Origin: an uncultured Clostridia bacterium
Lineage (GTDB): Bacteria > Bacillota > Clostridia > Oscillospirales > Acutalibacteraceae
Direction of reading: 5' to 3'
Length of the DNA: 64,000 nucleotides
NCBI GenBank assembly: GCA_946185345.1
Contig: CAMHJC010000001.1
Location: 486-64,485, forward strand
Shown: one piece after another, positions 53,492 through 62,084 of the stretch
How the letters are laid out: every line of letters begins with the position of its first letter
Position numbering within the stretch: position 1 is the stretch's first letter
Program-made: the position numbers and the translations under genes
Notes under the pieces: generated by a model
Seen by the model: the letters and a program-made list of their open reading frames with translations, nothing else
The model's database searches: none
What the model was told of the DNA's origin: nothing

Positions 53492-54394
53492 ATGTCACAG
53501 ATCTATTCCAAAATCGACCGAATTCCCTCAGGGCAGGCCTCCGAAAAGCTCGTCGAAGGCTGCCTTGTGCTGGAGGGCGGCGCTTTCCGGGGATTGTATA
53601 CCCAGGGTTTTCTTGATGCCATGATGCTGAACGACCTCAATCTCAGCTGCGTCATCGGCGTTTCCGCCGGCGCGCTGGGCGGCCTGAATTATGTATCGGG
53701 TCAGATCGGCCGGTCTGCCCGCATCAATCTCAGCTACCGTCACGACAGCCGATACATCGGCGTCAAGGCCCTGATACACAGTCACAGCATACTGGACGTA
53801 GGATTTCTCACAGAGGACAGAGGCATTATCTCCGAGCCTTTGGACGAGCAGAGATTCTACCGTCCCGAACAGCGTTTCGCAGCAGTGGCGACAAACTGCG
53901 TTTCCGGCAAGCCCGTGGTCTTTGAAAAAGGCAAATGCGGCGATTACCTTCTGGATGGCGTGAAGGCCTCCGCTACCATGCCGTATATTTCCCCTATGGT
54001 GCAGATCAACGGCATCCCGTATCTTGACGGAGGCTGTTCCTGCGCCATTCCCTACCGCTGGGCGATTAAACAGGGGTTTGAAAAAATCATCGTCATCCGC
54101 ACACGGGATCCGCTTTTCCGCAAGAAGGATACCCGCATCTCACCGGCGCTCCGCATTTACAGCCGTTACCCCGCGCTGGCGTTGAAACTCATACAAAGCA
54201 ACAGCAGATACAACCGCCAGTGCGATGAAATAGAGCTTCTCCACAAAAACGGACGGCTGCTCCGTCTCGCTCCCTCAGAACCGGTCACTGTCGGCCGAGT
54301 GGAGCCGAATCTGGAAAAACTCGGAGAACTGTACTGGCTCGGCTACAACGACTGCCTTTCACATCTGTCACGTATAAGAAATTATCTGTCCTGA
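53492..54394 (+). CDS. Patatin-like phospholipase family protein
   Basis: LEGGAFRG oxyanion motif, GVSAGA (GxSxG), and DGG at the catalytic Asp. Confidence 0.85.
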   Translation: MSQIYSKIDRIPSGQASEKLVEGCLVLEGGAFRGLYTQGFLDAMMLNDLNLSCVIGVSAGALGGLNYVSGQIGRSARINLSYRHDSRYIGVKALIHSHSILDVGFLTEDRGIISEPLDEQRFYRPEQRFAAVATNCVSGKPVVFEKGKCGDYLLDGVKASATMPYISPMVQINGIPYLDGGCSCAIPYRWAIKQGFEKIIVIRTRDPLFRKKDTRISPALRIYSRYPALALKLIQSNSRYNRQCDEIELLHKNGRLLRLAPSEPVTVGRVEPNLEKLGELYWLGYNDCLSHLSRIRNYLS

Positions 54395-54436
54395 GATTTC
54401 CGAGTGTTCAGAACAACGGCAAACGGAAGGTTAGAT

Positions 54437-54627
54437 GAGTGTGGAGTGTGAAGTGTGGAGTGTGGAGTAAATGAGCGCCTGTGACGCTGGAATATAAACG
54501 CTCACTTGGAAAAAAGACGTTCGCTTTTATAGTGAAACCCAATCAGTCTGAGAAAAGCCATTAAGCGAGCTTGCGAGCGTATATTTTTCAAGCCCGCAGG
54601 GCTTCCAAAACTCCACACTCCACACTT
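54437..54627. repeat. Heptamer-array inverted-repeat structure (copy C) enclosing two hairpin modules
   Basis: Heptamers GAGTGTG/GAGTGTG/AAGTGTG/GAGTGTG lie at 54437-54468. An 18-bp perfect inverted repeat pairs AAGTGTGGAGTGTGGAGT (54451-54468) with ACTCCACACTCCACACTT (54610-54627). Inner motifs CGCTGGAATATA and AAGCCC-GCA-GGGCTT match copies A and B. Confidence 0.8.
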
Positions 54628-54688
54628 AAGCACAGCTCCGCTGTGCGTTTTACGGTCTTCGGATAATGGAAGCAGAGAAGGAGATACA

Positions 54689-55672
54689 ATGAGCAACATA
54701 AAAATATTTCTAAAAAACTTCACCGCCGGCAGGAGGGCGCTTTTCAAGCGCATGGGAATCTATCTCGGATCGGCGCTGGCGGTCTTTGAGGCCGCCAATA
54801 TCCTGCTTGAGGACGGAGCGGTCGCCAATTGGTGCGCCGGAATGACCCTGGGCGGAATCAGTCTGCGCTCGGTGCTCACCAATGTCTTTGTCTATCTCGG
54901 TGCGGGAGCGGTTCTGGCGCTGCTGCGTCAGGGATCCTTTGCGCATTACTGCATGAATATCATCGGCACCGACGTCAAAATCGAAATCGCCATGTCGGAC
55001 ATCTTCTCCAACCGGGGAGAAATCGTCGTGCCGTGCAATACCACTTTTTCCGGCCGCAGGGAAGTCATCGGGGGCAGAAGCATTCAGACACAGATGACCG
55101 AGCGTCTCCGCCTGCCGAAAGACGAAAACGGTTCGGCGGAAAACGGCGGCGAATACTTCGAGAACGCCGTGAAGCAGGCGCTTCAGCGTCCCGAGTGCCG
55201 GAAACGGCGCATCGAGGGACAGAAGGAGCTTGCCGGCCGGCTGTACGACATTTACCAATACGGCACCATGGCGCCCGTGACATTCCCTGTGGACGGAAAG
55301 CAGCGCAATGTCATTTTGTTAGCGGTCGCCGAAATGCTCGAGCCGGACAAGCCCAAAACCGACGGGCAGCATCTGATGAAGAGCATTGACGATATGTGGG
55401 AGCAGATTGCCGCCTGCCGCACCCGGGAACAGACACTTGTTGTGCCGATTCTCGGCACCGGAAGCGCAGGCATTACCGACAAGCCGCAGCAGACGGTGGC
55501 AAGGTATATTCTGCGCACATTCGCCGACAACGCCCACAGGCTCGGCATCAAAAAGCTCATTCTCAGCGTTTATCCGCAGGATTATCTGGACGACAAAATC
55601 AATCTGGAAGAGCTGCGCTGCTACGCCGATTACCTGTGCAGATTCCCCGACAGCGATTTTAATATTTCGTAA
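54689..55672 (+). CDS. Hypothetical protein: N-terminal 2 TM helices + C-terminal macro-like (DUF6430-like) domain
   Basis: RBS AGAAGGAG. TM helices are IYLGSALAVFEAANILL and LTNVFVYLGAGAVLALL. Motifs VVPCNTTF...IGGRSIQ and LVVPILGTGSAG resemble macro-fold phosphate-binding loops. Family assignment is tentative. Confidence 0.5.
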   Translation: MSNIKIFLKNFTAGRRALFKRMGIYLGSALAVFEAANILLEDGAVANWCAGMTLGGISLRSVLTNVFVYLGAGAVLALLRQGSFAHYCMNIIGTDVKIEIAMSDIFSNRGEIVVPCNTTFSGRREVIGGRSIQTQMTERLRLPKDENGSAENGGEYFENAVKQALQRPECRKRRIEGQKELAGRLYDIYQYGTMAPVTFPVDGKQRNVILLAVAEMLEPDKPKTDGQHLMKSIDDMWEQIAACRTREQTLVVPILGTGSAGITDKPQQTVARYILRTFADNAHRLGIKKLILSVYPQDYLDDKINLEELRCYADYLCRFPDSDFNIS

Positions 55673-55711
55673 CGCGGCAGCATTCTCTTTCAACGGAGGT
55701 ATTTTGAAAAC

Positions 55712-56584
55712 ATGTCATCATTGTCAGACATAGGCACCATCAGGGACATCATGCAGCGCCACGGGTTTTCTTTTTCCAAGGGACTCGGACAGAACTTCCT
55801 GGTCAATCCGTCGGTATGTCCCAGAATGGCCGAAATGGGCGGCGCCAAGCCGGATGCCGGCGTGCTGGAAATCGGCCCGGGCATCGGTGTATTGACCGCC
55901 GAGCTGGCCTGTCGTGCCAAAAAAGTAGTGGCGGTCGAGCTTGACGACCGCCTGATTCCCGTGCTTAGCGAGACGCTCGGGCAGTTCTCCAACGTAAAGG
56001 TCATTCACGGAGACGCCCTCAGGCTCGACCTCGCCTCCATTATCCGGGAAAATTTTGCCGATTGCGGCAGCGTCGCCGTATGTGCCAATCTTCCCTATTA
56101 CATCACGTCTCCCATTATCATGGCGCTGCTCGAAAGCAGGCTTCCCATCGAATCGGTCACCGTAATGGTGCAGAAGGAGGCCGCCGACCGCATCTGTGCG
56201 CCTGTCGGCAGCCGTGAAAGCGGCGCATTGACCGTGGCCATCAATTATTACTCCGAGCCGCACATGCTTTTCCGTGTCAGTCCCGGCAGCTTCATGCCGC
56301 CTCCCAAAGTGACTTCCGCCGTGATCCGTATGGATATTCTGCCCGAACCCGCATACGACGTGGGCGACGAAAAGGTATTCTTCCGCATGGTCAGGGCAGG
56401 ATTCTCCCAGAGGCGCAAAACGCTGACCAATGCCCTTACATCGGGAGGCTTCCTTACAAGGGAAGAAGCAGCGCAGGCGCTTGCCAATGCGTCCATCGCT
56501 CCTTCCGCGCGAATAGAGGCTCTGAATATGGACCTGCTCGCATCGCTTTCCAGAAGCATTTGTCAGTTGAATAATAAAAAGTGA
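55712..56584 (+). CDS. rsmA: 16S rRNA (adenine1518/1519-N6)-dimethyltransferase
   Basis: GQNFLVN, LEIGPGIGVLT, and NLPYYITSPI. Confidence 0.95.
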   Translation: MSSLSDIGTIRDIMQRHGFSFSKGLGQNFLVNPSVCPRMAEMGGAKPDAGVLEIGPGIGVLTAELACRAKKVVAVELDDRLIPVLSETLGQFSNVKVIHGDALRLDLASIIRENFADCGSVAVCANLPYYITSPIIMALLESRLPIESVTVMVQKEAADRICAPVGSRESGALTVAINYYSEPHMLFRVSPGSFMPPPKVTSAVIRMDILPEPAYDVGDEKVFFRMVRAGFSQRRKTLTNALTSGGFLTREEAAQALANASIAPSARIEALNMDLLASLSRSICQLNNKK

Positions 56585-56684
56585 TAAAATTGATAAAAAG
56601 ACTGTACAATTCGTGATAAGTGTTGTATAATAAAATGCAGCCGGTTTTGTCAAGCTTTTTTCATATGCAGGGAGGATTACAATC

Positions 56685-57620
56685 GTGAACAACGACTTCA
56701 AAAAATCGTCTTATCTTTTGACCTTTCTTTTCTTTTTCATTGGTGTCATCGCTCTGGTCGGTGTATCAGCCGCTAAATATTTTACCTTTGATGAACTCGT
56801 GGTGACCGTCTGCCAGATCGTTTCCTTGCTGTCATTCTTCATCATGTTTATCAACTGCGTCTATTCCAAGAGCAAATACAACAGCGCTTGCATCAGATTC
56901 GCCGACTATCTCATCGCCAACCGCCGCAAGGAAGCCGAGAGAAGAGCCGCCGACAACGAACGCATGAAGGAAATGCAGAATATCCGCGCGGCAGCCGAGA
57001 AAGACAGGGAAAAAGCCGTGGCGGCAGCCCTTCAACAGGGACGCAGCGAGGGCGCGCAATCGGCCGGCTTCACGCAGACGCCCCGTCAGGCCGCTCCTGC
57101 TCCGGCACCCGTACAGCAGAACGCCATGCCGATGCCTCAGCAGATGCCCGTACAGCAGAATGCCATGCCAATGCCTCAGCAGATGCCACAGGCTCACGTA
57201 CAGCCACCGGCTCCCGTTCAGACTCAGAACCGCATGCCCGTTGCACCCGTTGCACCCGTTGCACAGCCCGTTGCACCCGTTGCACCCGTTGCACAGCCCG
57301 TTGCGCAGCCGGTTCCCCAGAGAATTCCCCAGCCGGCCGTTCAGAAGGTCATTTCCGAGAACCGAGAACCGGTCGGTATGCCCAACGAAGAGGTACTCTA
57401 CAACGAATACGGCGAGCCGGTAATGGTGCGCCGCCGTGTGCGCAAGTCCGCATTTTCCCCTGACGGCGAAATGCTTTACGACAGCCACGGCAATCCTGTT
57501 ATCCGCCGCAATCAGGGATTGTGGGAACCGCTGGAACAGAGGCATGAAATCGTCGTCAAGGTCGAGACGGCTCCCGGCATGACAGTGTCACAGCCTTCCG
57601 AAAGGGATCATCAGCAATGA
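56685..57620 (+). CDS. Membrane protein with Gln/Pro-rich low-complexity repeats
   Basis: Two N-terminal TM helices, a coiled Lys/Glu/Arg-rich stretch, then QQNAMPMPQQMP x2 and (VAP/VAQP)n repeats. Confidence 0.65.
   Translation: MNNDFKKSSYLLTFLFFFIGVIALVGVSAAKYFTFDELVVTVCQIVSLLSFFIMFINCVYSKSKYNSACIRFADYLIANRRKEAERRAADNERMKEMQNIRAAAEKDREKAVAAALQQGRSEGAQSAGFTQTPRQAAPAPAPVQQNAMPMPQQMPVQQNAMPMPQQMPQAHVQPPAPVQTQNRMPVAPVAPVAQPVAPVAPVAQPVAQPVPQRIPQPAVQKVISENREPVGMPNEEVLYNEYGEPVMVRRRVRKSAFSPDGEMLYDSHGNPVIRRNQGLWEPLEQRHEIVVKVETAPGMTVSQPSERDHQQ
57111..57309 (+). repeat. Coding tandem repeats (39 nt x2; 30 nt x2 built from 9-nt CCCGTTGCA units)
   Basis: The 39-nt unit is duplicated at 57111-57149 and 57150-57188. 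The 30-nt unit is duplicated at 57238-57267 and 57268-57297, with a partial unit after. Confidence 0.85.
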
Positions 57621-58045
57621 GCCGCCCGGTCGTTCCCTATCTCCACACCGCCCAGTATTATGAAACGGACTGCATGGGCATTATTCATCACTCCAATTAC
57701 ATACGTTGGATGGAAGAAGCGCGCATCGACTTTCTCAGGCAGTTCGGACTGAGCTATGCGACACTCGAGGCAGACGGTCTGCTTTCTCCCATCTTTGAAG
57801 TCAGGTGCCAATACCGGCGCATGGTGAAGTTTGAGGACGTGGTGGCCATTGAAGTCGGTATCGTAAAATACACCGGTGTCAAGCTGATTCTGTCCTATCG
57901 CATGACCAACCGGTCTTCCGGTGAACTCTGCGCCGAAGGTGAAAGCACCAGCTGCTTCGTGAATTCCGAAGGAAAGCTGATTTCACTCAAAAAGGAGTAT
58001 CCCGATCTTCACAGACTCTTTGAGGAGCTTGTCCCTGTTCAATGA
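57617..58045 (+). CDS. Acyl-CoA thioesterase (YbgC/4HBT hot-dog fold)
   Basis: YYETDCMGIIHHSNYIRWMEEAR signature. 142 aa. The start overlaps the upstream stop. Confidence 0.85.
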   Translation: MSRPVVPYLHTAQYYETDCMGIIHHSNYIRWMEEARIDFLRQFGLSYATLEADGLLSPIFEVRCQYRRMVKFEDVVAIEVGIVKYTGVKLILSYRMTNRSSGELCAEGESTSCFVNSEGKLISLKKEYPDLHRLFEELVPVQ

Positions 58046-58168
58046 TTCTACTAAAAATAGTATAACAAAAGCCCGTTGACGCGGCTTGATTGAATTTCTC
58101 GGTCACCCCCTGCGTTCTTCGGGCTTTTTTTGCATATTTTGCATATACTATCAACAGGAATCCTATTC

Positions 58169-58347
58169 ATACTAATTTTCGGTTGAAAGTAGACAATTAT
58201 TTGCGAGGATATTTTGTGTTCTGCAAGGAATAGCTGTCGACTCGTCGACAGCAGGACGACGGCAGGCTGGCGCCTGCCTAGGACGATGACGCCGCAGGGC
58301 GCAAAATAGGCCGCAAAGAATGTCTGATTTTAGCTGAAAATTAGTAT
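58169..58347 (-). mobile_element. MITE-like structured intergenic repeat, copy 3 (long form, inverted orientation)
   Basis: Reverse complement of copy 1, including the 13-nt segment. There is one mismatch in the terminal repeat (TAGCTGAAAATTAGTAT). Confidence 0.85.
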
Positions 58348-58371
58348 CAGCTTTCTCGGAGGTACTGCCAT

Positions 58372-58509
58372 ATGCATGAAGCGGTTTGTGTTTTTATCGG
58401 TCTGTTTGTCGGAGGTATTGTCGGCGTTGTGACAATGTGCCTGGTTCAGGTCAATCACTGCAAGGACTGCCCTCACCGCAAAAGCGTCCTCAACCGGGGC
58501 GGCAGGTGA
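58372..58509 (+). CDS. 45-aa small membrane protein (DUF3789-like)
   Basis: Below the track cutoff. GGAGGT lies 8 nt upstream of the ATG. Sequence is MHEAVCVFIGLFVGGIVGVVTMCLVQVNHCKDCPHRKSVLNRGGR. It overlaps the convergent gene end by 20 nt. Confidence 0.45.
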   Translation: MHEAVCVFIGLFVGGIVGVVTMCLVQVNHCKDCPHRKSVLNRGGR

Positions 58510-59065
58510 CCTTAAGGCCTGCCAGCGCAGCAATGCCGGCGGCTTCGGCATAATCCGCTATACGGGAGGCGCCCATTGCCGCCGCTTCTCCGTACAGGTC
58601 GATAAAATACAGCGTAATTCCGGACTGACCGGCATATTCATTGAATAATGCCGCCCATGAGGCAAGATCCTTTTTCGGATCAAAACACAGCCTGTCAAAG
58701 GAAAAAACCATCCCGGCAGCCCTGAGCACTTCCCTGAGCGCCGAGGTAAATTCATCAGCGGAACAACCGGCATCCATCAGCCTCATATATCCCTCCGTCA
58801 CGGCCGAACCTACGGCGGCAATCACGCAGAGCCACGGCTCGGCTTCGGATGAATATTTCAGCCCGAATCTGTCAAGCAGCTCTCCCCGGGAGGAAAAATA
58901 GTCACGGGTATCGGCAAGGCAGCCGGCAATATCCGCCGCAACGGCTTCATTCTGACATGTGAGCATGCCGAAGGAGGTCTTAAGCGCCTCTGACGGCTGC
59001 ATGAATTCCTCTGCGGCAGTTTCCGGCAGATCGCCGCCCGATAATAACAGTTCGATGAGTTTCAC
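58490..59065 (-). CDS. Hypothetical cytoplasmic protein
   Basis: GTG 59065 (VKLIELLLSGGDLPE...) follows AAGGGTGA; the track start is 59137. No family recognised. Confidence 0.5.
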   Translation of the reverse strand: MKLIELLLSGGDLPETAAEEFMQPSEALKTSFGMLTCQNEAVAADIAGCLADTRDYFSSRGELLDRFGLKYSSEAEPWLCVIAAVGSAVTEGYMRLMDAGCSADEFTSALREVLRAAGMVFSFDRLCFDPKKDLASWAALFNEYAGQSGITLYFIDLYGEAAAMGASRIADYAEAAGIAALAGLKVTCRPG

Positions 59066-59297
59066 GTCTATCACCCTTTCATGACAATTTTTTGCCGTAA
59101 TCATTCTATCACATTGCCATGACGATTGCAAGATCAACAGAATTTTTCACCCGACATTCATCTGTCACGCTATTCTTTTAATTGAATGTTCACATAACAG
59201 TCAAACAATCGGTTGACTTGATAGTCAGAATGTGCTATTATTTAAGGAACGCCGCATGCTTACTGATCGGCAATCCATTTCTGAGAAGGTATGTGTT

Positions 59298-60518
59298 ATG
59301 AGAACATTTCATAAATCGCACAAGCTGGATAATGTGTGCTACGACATAAGAGGCCCCGTCATGGACGAAGCCAACCGCATGATCGCCGCCGGAGAGACCA
59401 TACTCAAGCTCAACATCGGCAATCCGGCTCCGTTCGGCTTCCGCGCACCCGATGAAGTCATTGAAACCATGCAGTCCAATCTCACCTCCACTGAGGGATA
59501 TTCCGACTCAAAGGGTCTGTTCGCGGCACGTCAGGCGATAGCGGACTACTGCGTGAATGTCAAGCATATCGAAGGTGTAACGCCGGACGATGTTTACACC
59601 GGAAACGGCGCCAGCGAATTGATCACGCTCTCGATGCAGGGCCTGCTCGACAACGGCGACGAAGTGCTCGTGCCTGCGCCGGACTATCCCCTGTGGACGG
59701 CTTCCGTCACGCTGGCCGGCGGCAAGGCGGTGCATTACATATGCGATGAGAGCGCCGACTGGTTCCCCGACATAGACGACATCCGCTCCAAGGTCACTCC
59801 CAGAACCAAGGGCATCGTCATCATCAATCCCAACAATCCAACGGGTGCGCTTTATTCACGTGAACTGCTGGAAGAAATTGCGCAGATCGCCCGTGAAAAC
59901 GGCCTCATCGTATTCTCGGACGAAATCTACGACCGACTTGTGATGGACGGTCTGGAGCACACTTCCATTTCCTCCATCGCGCCGGATATTTTCTCCGTTA
60001 CCTTCAACGGACTTTCCAAATCCCACCTTATCGCAGGCTACCGCTGCGGCTGGATGTCTCTCTGCGGCGAGAAATCGCATGTCAAGGGCTACATCGAGGG
60101 CATCAATCTGCTCTCCTCCATGCGCCTCTGCTCCAACGTGCCTGCGCAGTCGCTCATTCCCGTGGCGCTCAAGAACGCTTACACGGCAAAGGAACTGCTC
60201 GTTCCCGGCGGCAGAATTTACGAACAGCGCGAATTCATCTGCAGCGCCATCAACGACATTCCCGGCATGAGCGTTGTCAAGCCCAAGGCGGCCTTCTACA
60301 TCTTCCCCAAAATGGATATCAAGCGGTTTAACATCACCGATGATGAGAAATTCGTGCTTGATTTCCTCAAACAGAAAAAGATTCTGCTCACCCACGGAGG
60401 CGGCTTCCACTGGGAAACGCCCGACCACTTCCGCATTGTCTACCTGCCCCGGCTCGAGGAACTCAGGCAGGCGGCCGAAGGACTGCGTGACTTCCTGGCG
60501 GATTACCGTCAGAATTGA
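59298..60518 (+). CDS. Class I/II pyridoxal-phosphate aminotransferase (AlaA-type)
   Basis: N-terminus is MRTFHKSHKLDNVCYDIRGPV. NIGNPAPFGF motif. SKSHLIAGYRCGW carries the PLP lysine. Confidence 0.9.
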   Translation: MRTFHKSHKLDNVCYDIRGPVMDEANRMIAAGETILKLNIGNPAPFGFRAPDEVIETMQSNLTSTEGYSDSKGLFAARQAIADYCVNVKHIEGVTPDDVYTGNGASELITLSMQGLLDNGDEVLVPAPDYPLWTASVTLAGGKAVHYICDESADWFPDIDDIRSKVTPRTKGIVIINPNNPTGALYSRELLEEIAQIARENGLIVFSDEIYDRLVMDGLEHTSISSIAPDIFSVTFNGLSKSHLIAGYRCGWMSLCGEKSHVKGYIEGINLLSSMRLCSNVPAQSLIPVALKNAYTAKELLVPGGRIYEQREFICSAINDIPGMSVVKPKAAFYIFPKMDIKRFNITDDEKFVLDFLKQKKILLTHGGGFHWETPDHFRIVYLPRLEELRQAAEGLRDFLADYRQN

Positions 60519-60548
60519 TTTTTTTTGAATAATAGCATTGACCGTTTG

Positions 60549-60591
60549 AAACCGGACGAGAGGCAGTTTCACTGTTCGTCCGGTTTTTTTT
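60549..60591 (+). terminator. Rho-independent terminator
   Basis: AACCGGACGA ... TCGTCCGGTT followed by TTTTTTT. Confidence 0.8.
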
Positions 60592-60712
60592 GCATGTGTG
60601 GATAAATATTTTTCAGCAAGAAATATTTATATAATTTAAGAATTATTCTTGGCAAAATATTGGTTGCTTGTTAAGATGTATTTATAATAAAACAGGAGGA
60701 CAACATGCATTA

Positions 60713-60925
60713 CATATTTACCATTGCAGCCGGTATCTGGTGTCCGCCTACAGGCTCAGCTCGGACGAAGTTACGGTTGACGCCGGGGAATTCACACGGT
60801 ATCTGCTTGAAAACAACGATTTTGCCGACAAGGACGGCATTCCCGTGACCGAGGTCACAAATCCCGCCGGGATTTCATCGCAGCCGTATCAAGGGCGGCA
60901 ATTGACTGACGGTTCATGCCATTAA
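60713..60925 (+). pseudogene. Fragment of a paralog of the downstream lipoprotein gene
   Basis: HIYHCSRYLVSAYRLSSDEVTVDAGEFTRYLLENNDFADKDGIPVTEVTNPAG aligns with TYYTCGRYLVAALSYNVAGIDADAAEFGNSLLEDSKYTTADGQPVTEVQSIGDG of the 61059-61961 product. It lacks a signal peptide and an N-domain. Confidence 0.6.
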
Positions 60926-61058
60926 GGATAAAAGCCGTACAAGCTTAATATTATTTGTTGATTGTTTTTATTTTTAAAAGCGAAAAATAAACTCTTGACA
61001 AAATTTTAATAATCTGTTACAATAGTATTATCAAAATACCGAATGGAGGAATACACCA

Positions 61059-61961
61059 ATGAAAACAGCAAAAAGACTCATCACACTGACTGCCGTGCTG
61101 GCACTGCTCCTTTGCCTGGCCGCTTGCGCCAAAAAACCGAATTTCACCCAGAAAATCACCGCAGGCAACATCGAGGTGACCGTTCGTGACGACATGAAGG
61201 AGGATCCTTCCATCACCTCAAAGGCGGAATCCTACATCACATGCTATTTCTGGAACGGCTACGGCGTCAATGTGGGTTCCGTCAAATCAACTGACTACAA
61301 AATCAAGGGTATGACTGCCGAGGATTTCCTTCAGGATGCGCTCAAGGACCAGAAGAACGTCTCAGGTATTATGAAGTACGGCGAGATACCTTATATGGAA
61401 TACACTATCGTTGACGACGGCAAGGATTATCTCTTTACCAACTTCGTTCTGGAAGAAGGCTATGAATTCTATCTGCTGGAGTTCTACACGCTCTCCAAAA
61501 CATCCGACAAATACATGGATCAGTACAAAACCATCCTGAACAGCGTCAGAATGATCGAAGAACCTGCCAAGACGACTGATATCGTCATCAAGGGAGTAAA
61601 ATTGACCGTTGACGGCGATGCTTACACCGATGATGATACGTATTATACCTGCGGCAGATACCTGGTAGCCGCACTCAGCTATAATGTAGCAGGCATCGAT
61701 GCGGACGCCGCAGAATTCGGCAATTCCCTGCTGGAAGACAGCAAATATACCACTGCTGACGGACAGCCTGTCACAGAAGTCCAGTCCATCGGCGACGGCA
61801 TGGCATACTTTGAAGGTATTGAAGACAATATGGCCTCTTATCACTATATCAGGATAGTGGACGACACACTGGTTTATGTCATCTTCTTCACCAACCAGCC
61901 TGTCGATACAGCGATGAAGGCTGAATTCTCCTCTATTGCCAGCTCCGCAACACTTGCGTAA
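61059..61961 (+). CDS. Lipoprotein of unknown function
   Basis: Signal MKTAKRLITLTAVLALLLCLAAC with lipobox LAAC. RBS GGAGGA. Confidence 0.75.
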   Translation: MKTAKRLITLTAVLALLLCLAACAKKPNFTQKITAGNIEVTVRDDMKEDPSITSKAESYITCYFWNGYGVNVGSVKSTDYKIKGMTAEDFLQDALKDQKNVSGIMKYGEIPYMEYTIVDDGKDYLFTNFVLEEGYEFYLLEFYTLSKTSDKYMDQYKTILNSVRMIEEPAKTTDIVIKGVKLTVDGDAYTDDDTYYTCGRYLVAALSYNVAGIDADAAEFGNSLLEDSKYTTADGQPVTEVQSIGDGMAYFEGIEDNMASYHYIRIVDDTLVYVIFFTNQPVDTAMKAEFSSIASSATLA

Positions 61962-61999
61962 GTTGCTATTGAGAGCCGGTTGATTCGGTAAGACATCAA

Positions 62000-62046
62000 A
62001 AACCGCAGACATCCTTCCGTTATCGGAATGTGTCTGCGTTTTTTTG
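62000..62046. terminator. Bidirectional terminator between convergent genes
   Basis: AAAAACCGCAGACA ... TGTCTGCG followed by TTTTTTT. Confidence 0.75.
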
Positions 62047-62084
62047 GGTTGTATCGGAGCAGGACTGCCCGGATTCCGTCAGAT

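Noticed and set aside
54502-54753. 83-aa minus-strand ORF spanning the heptamer inverted-repeat structure
   Set aside because: It runs through non-coding repeat and hairpin sequence and overlaps the start of the plus-strand gene at 54689. It has no RBS and is most likely spurious.
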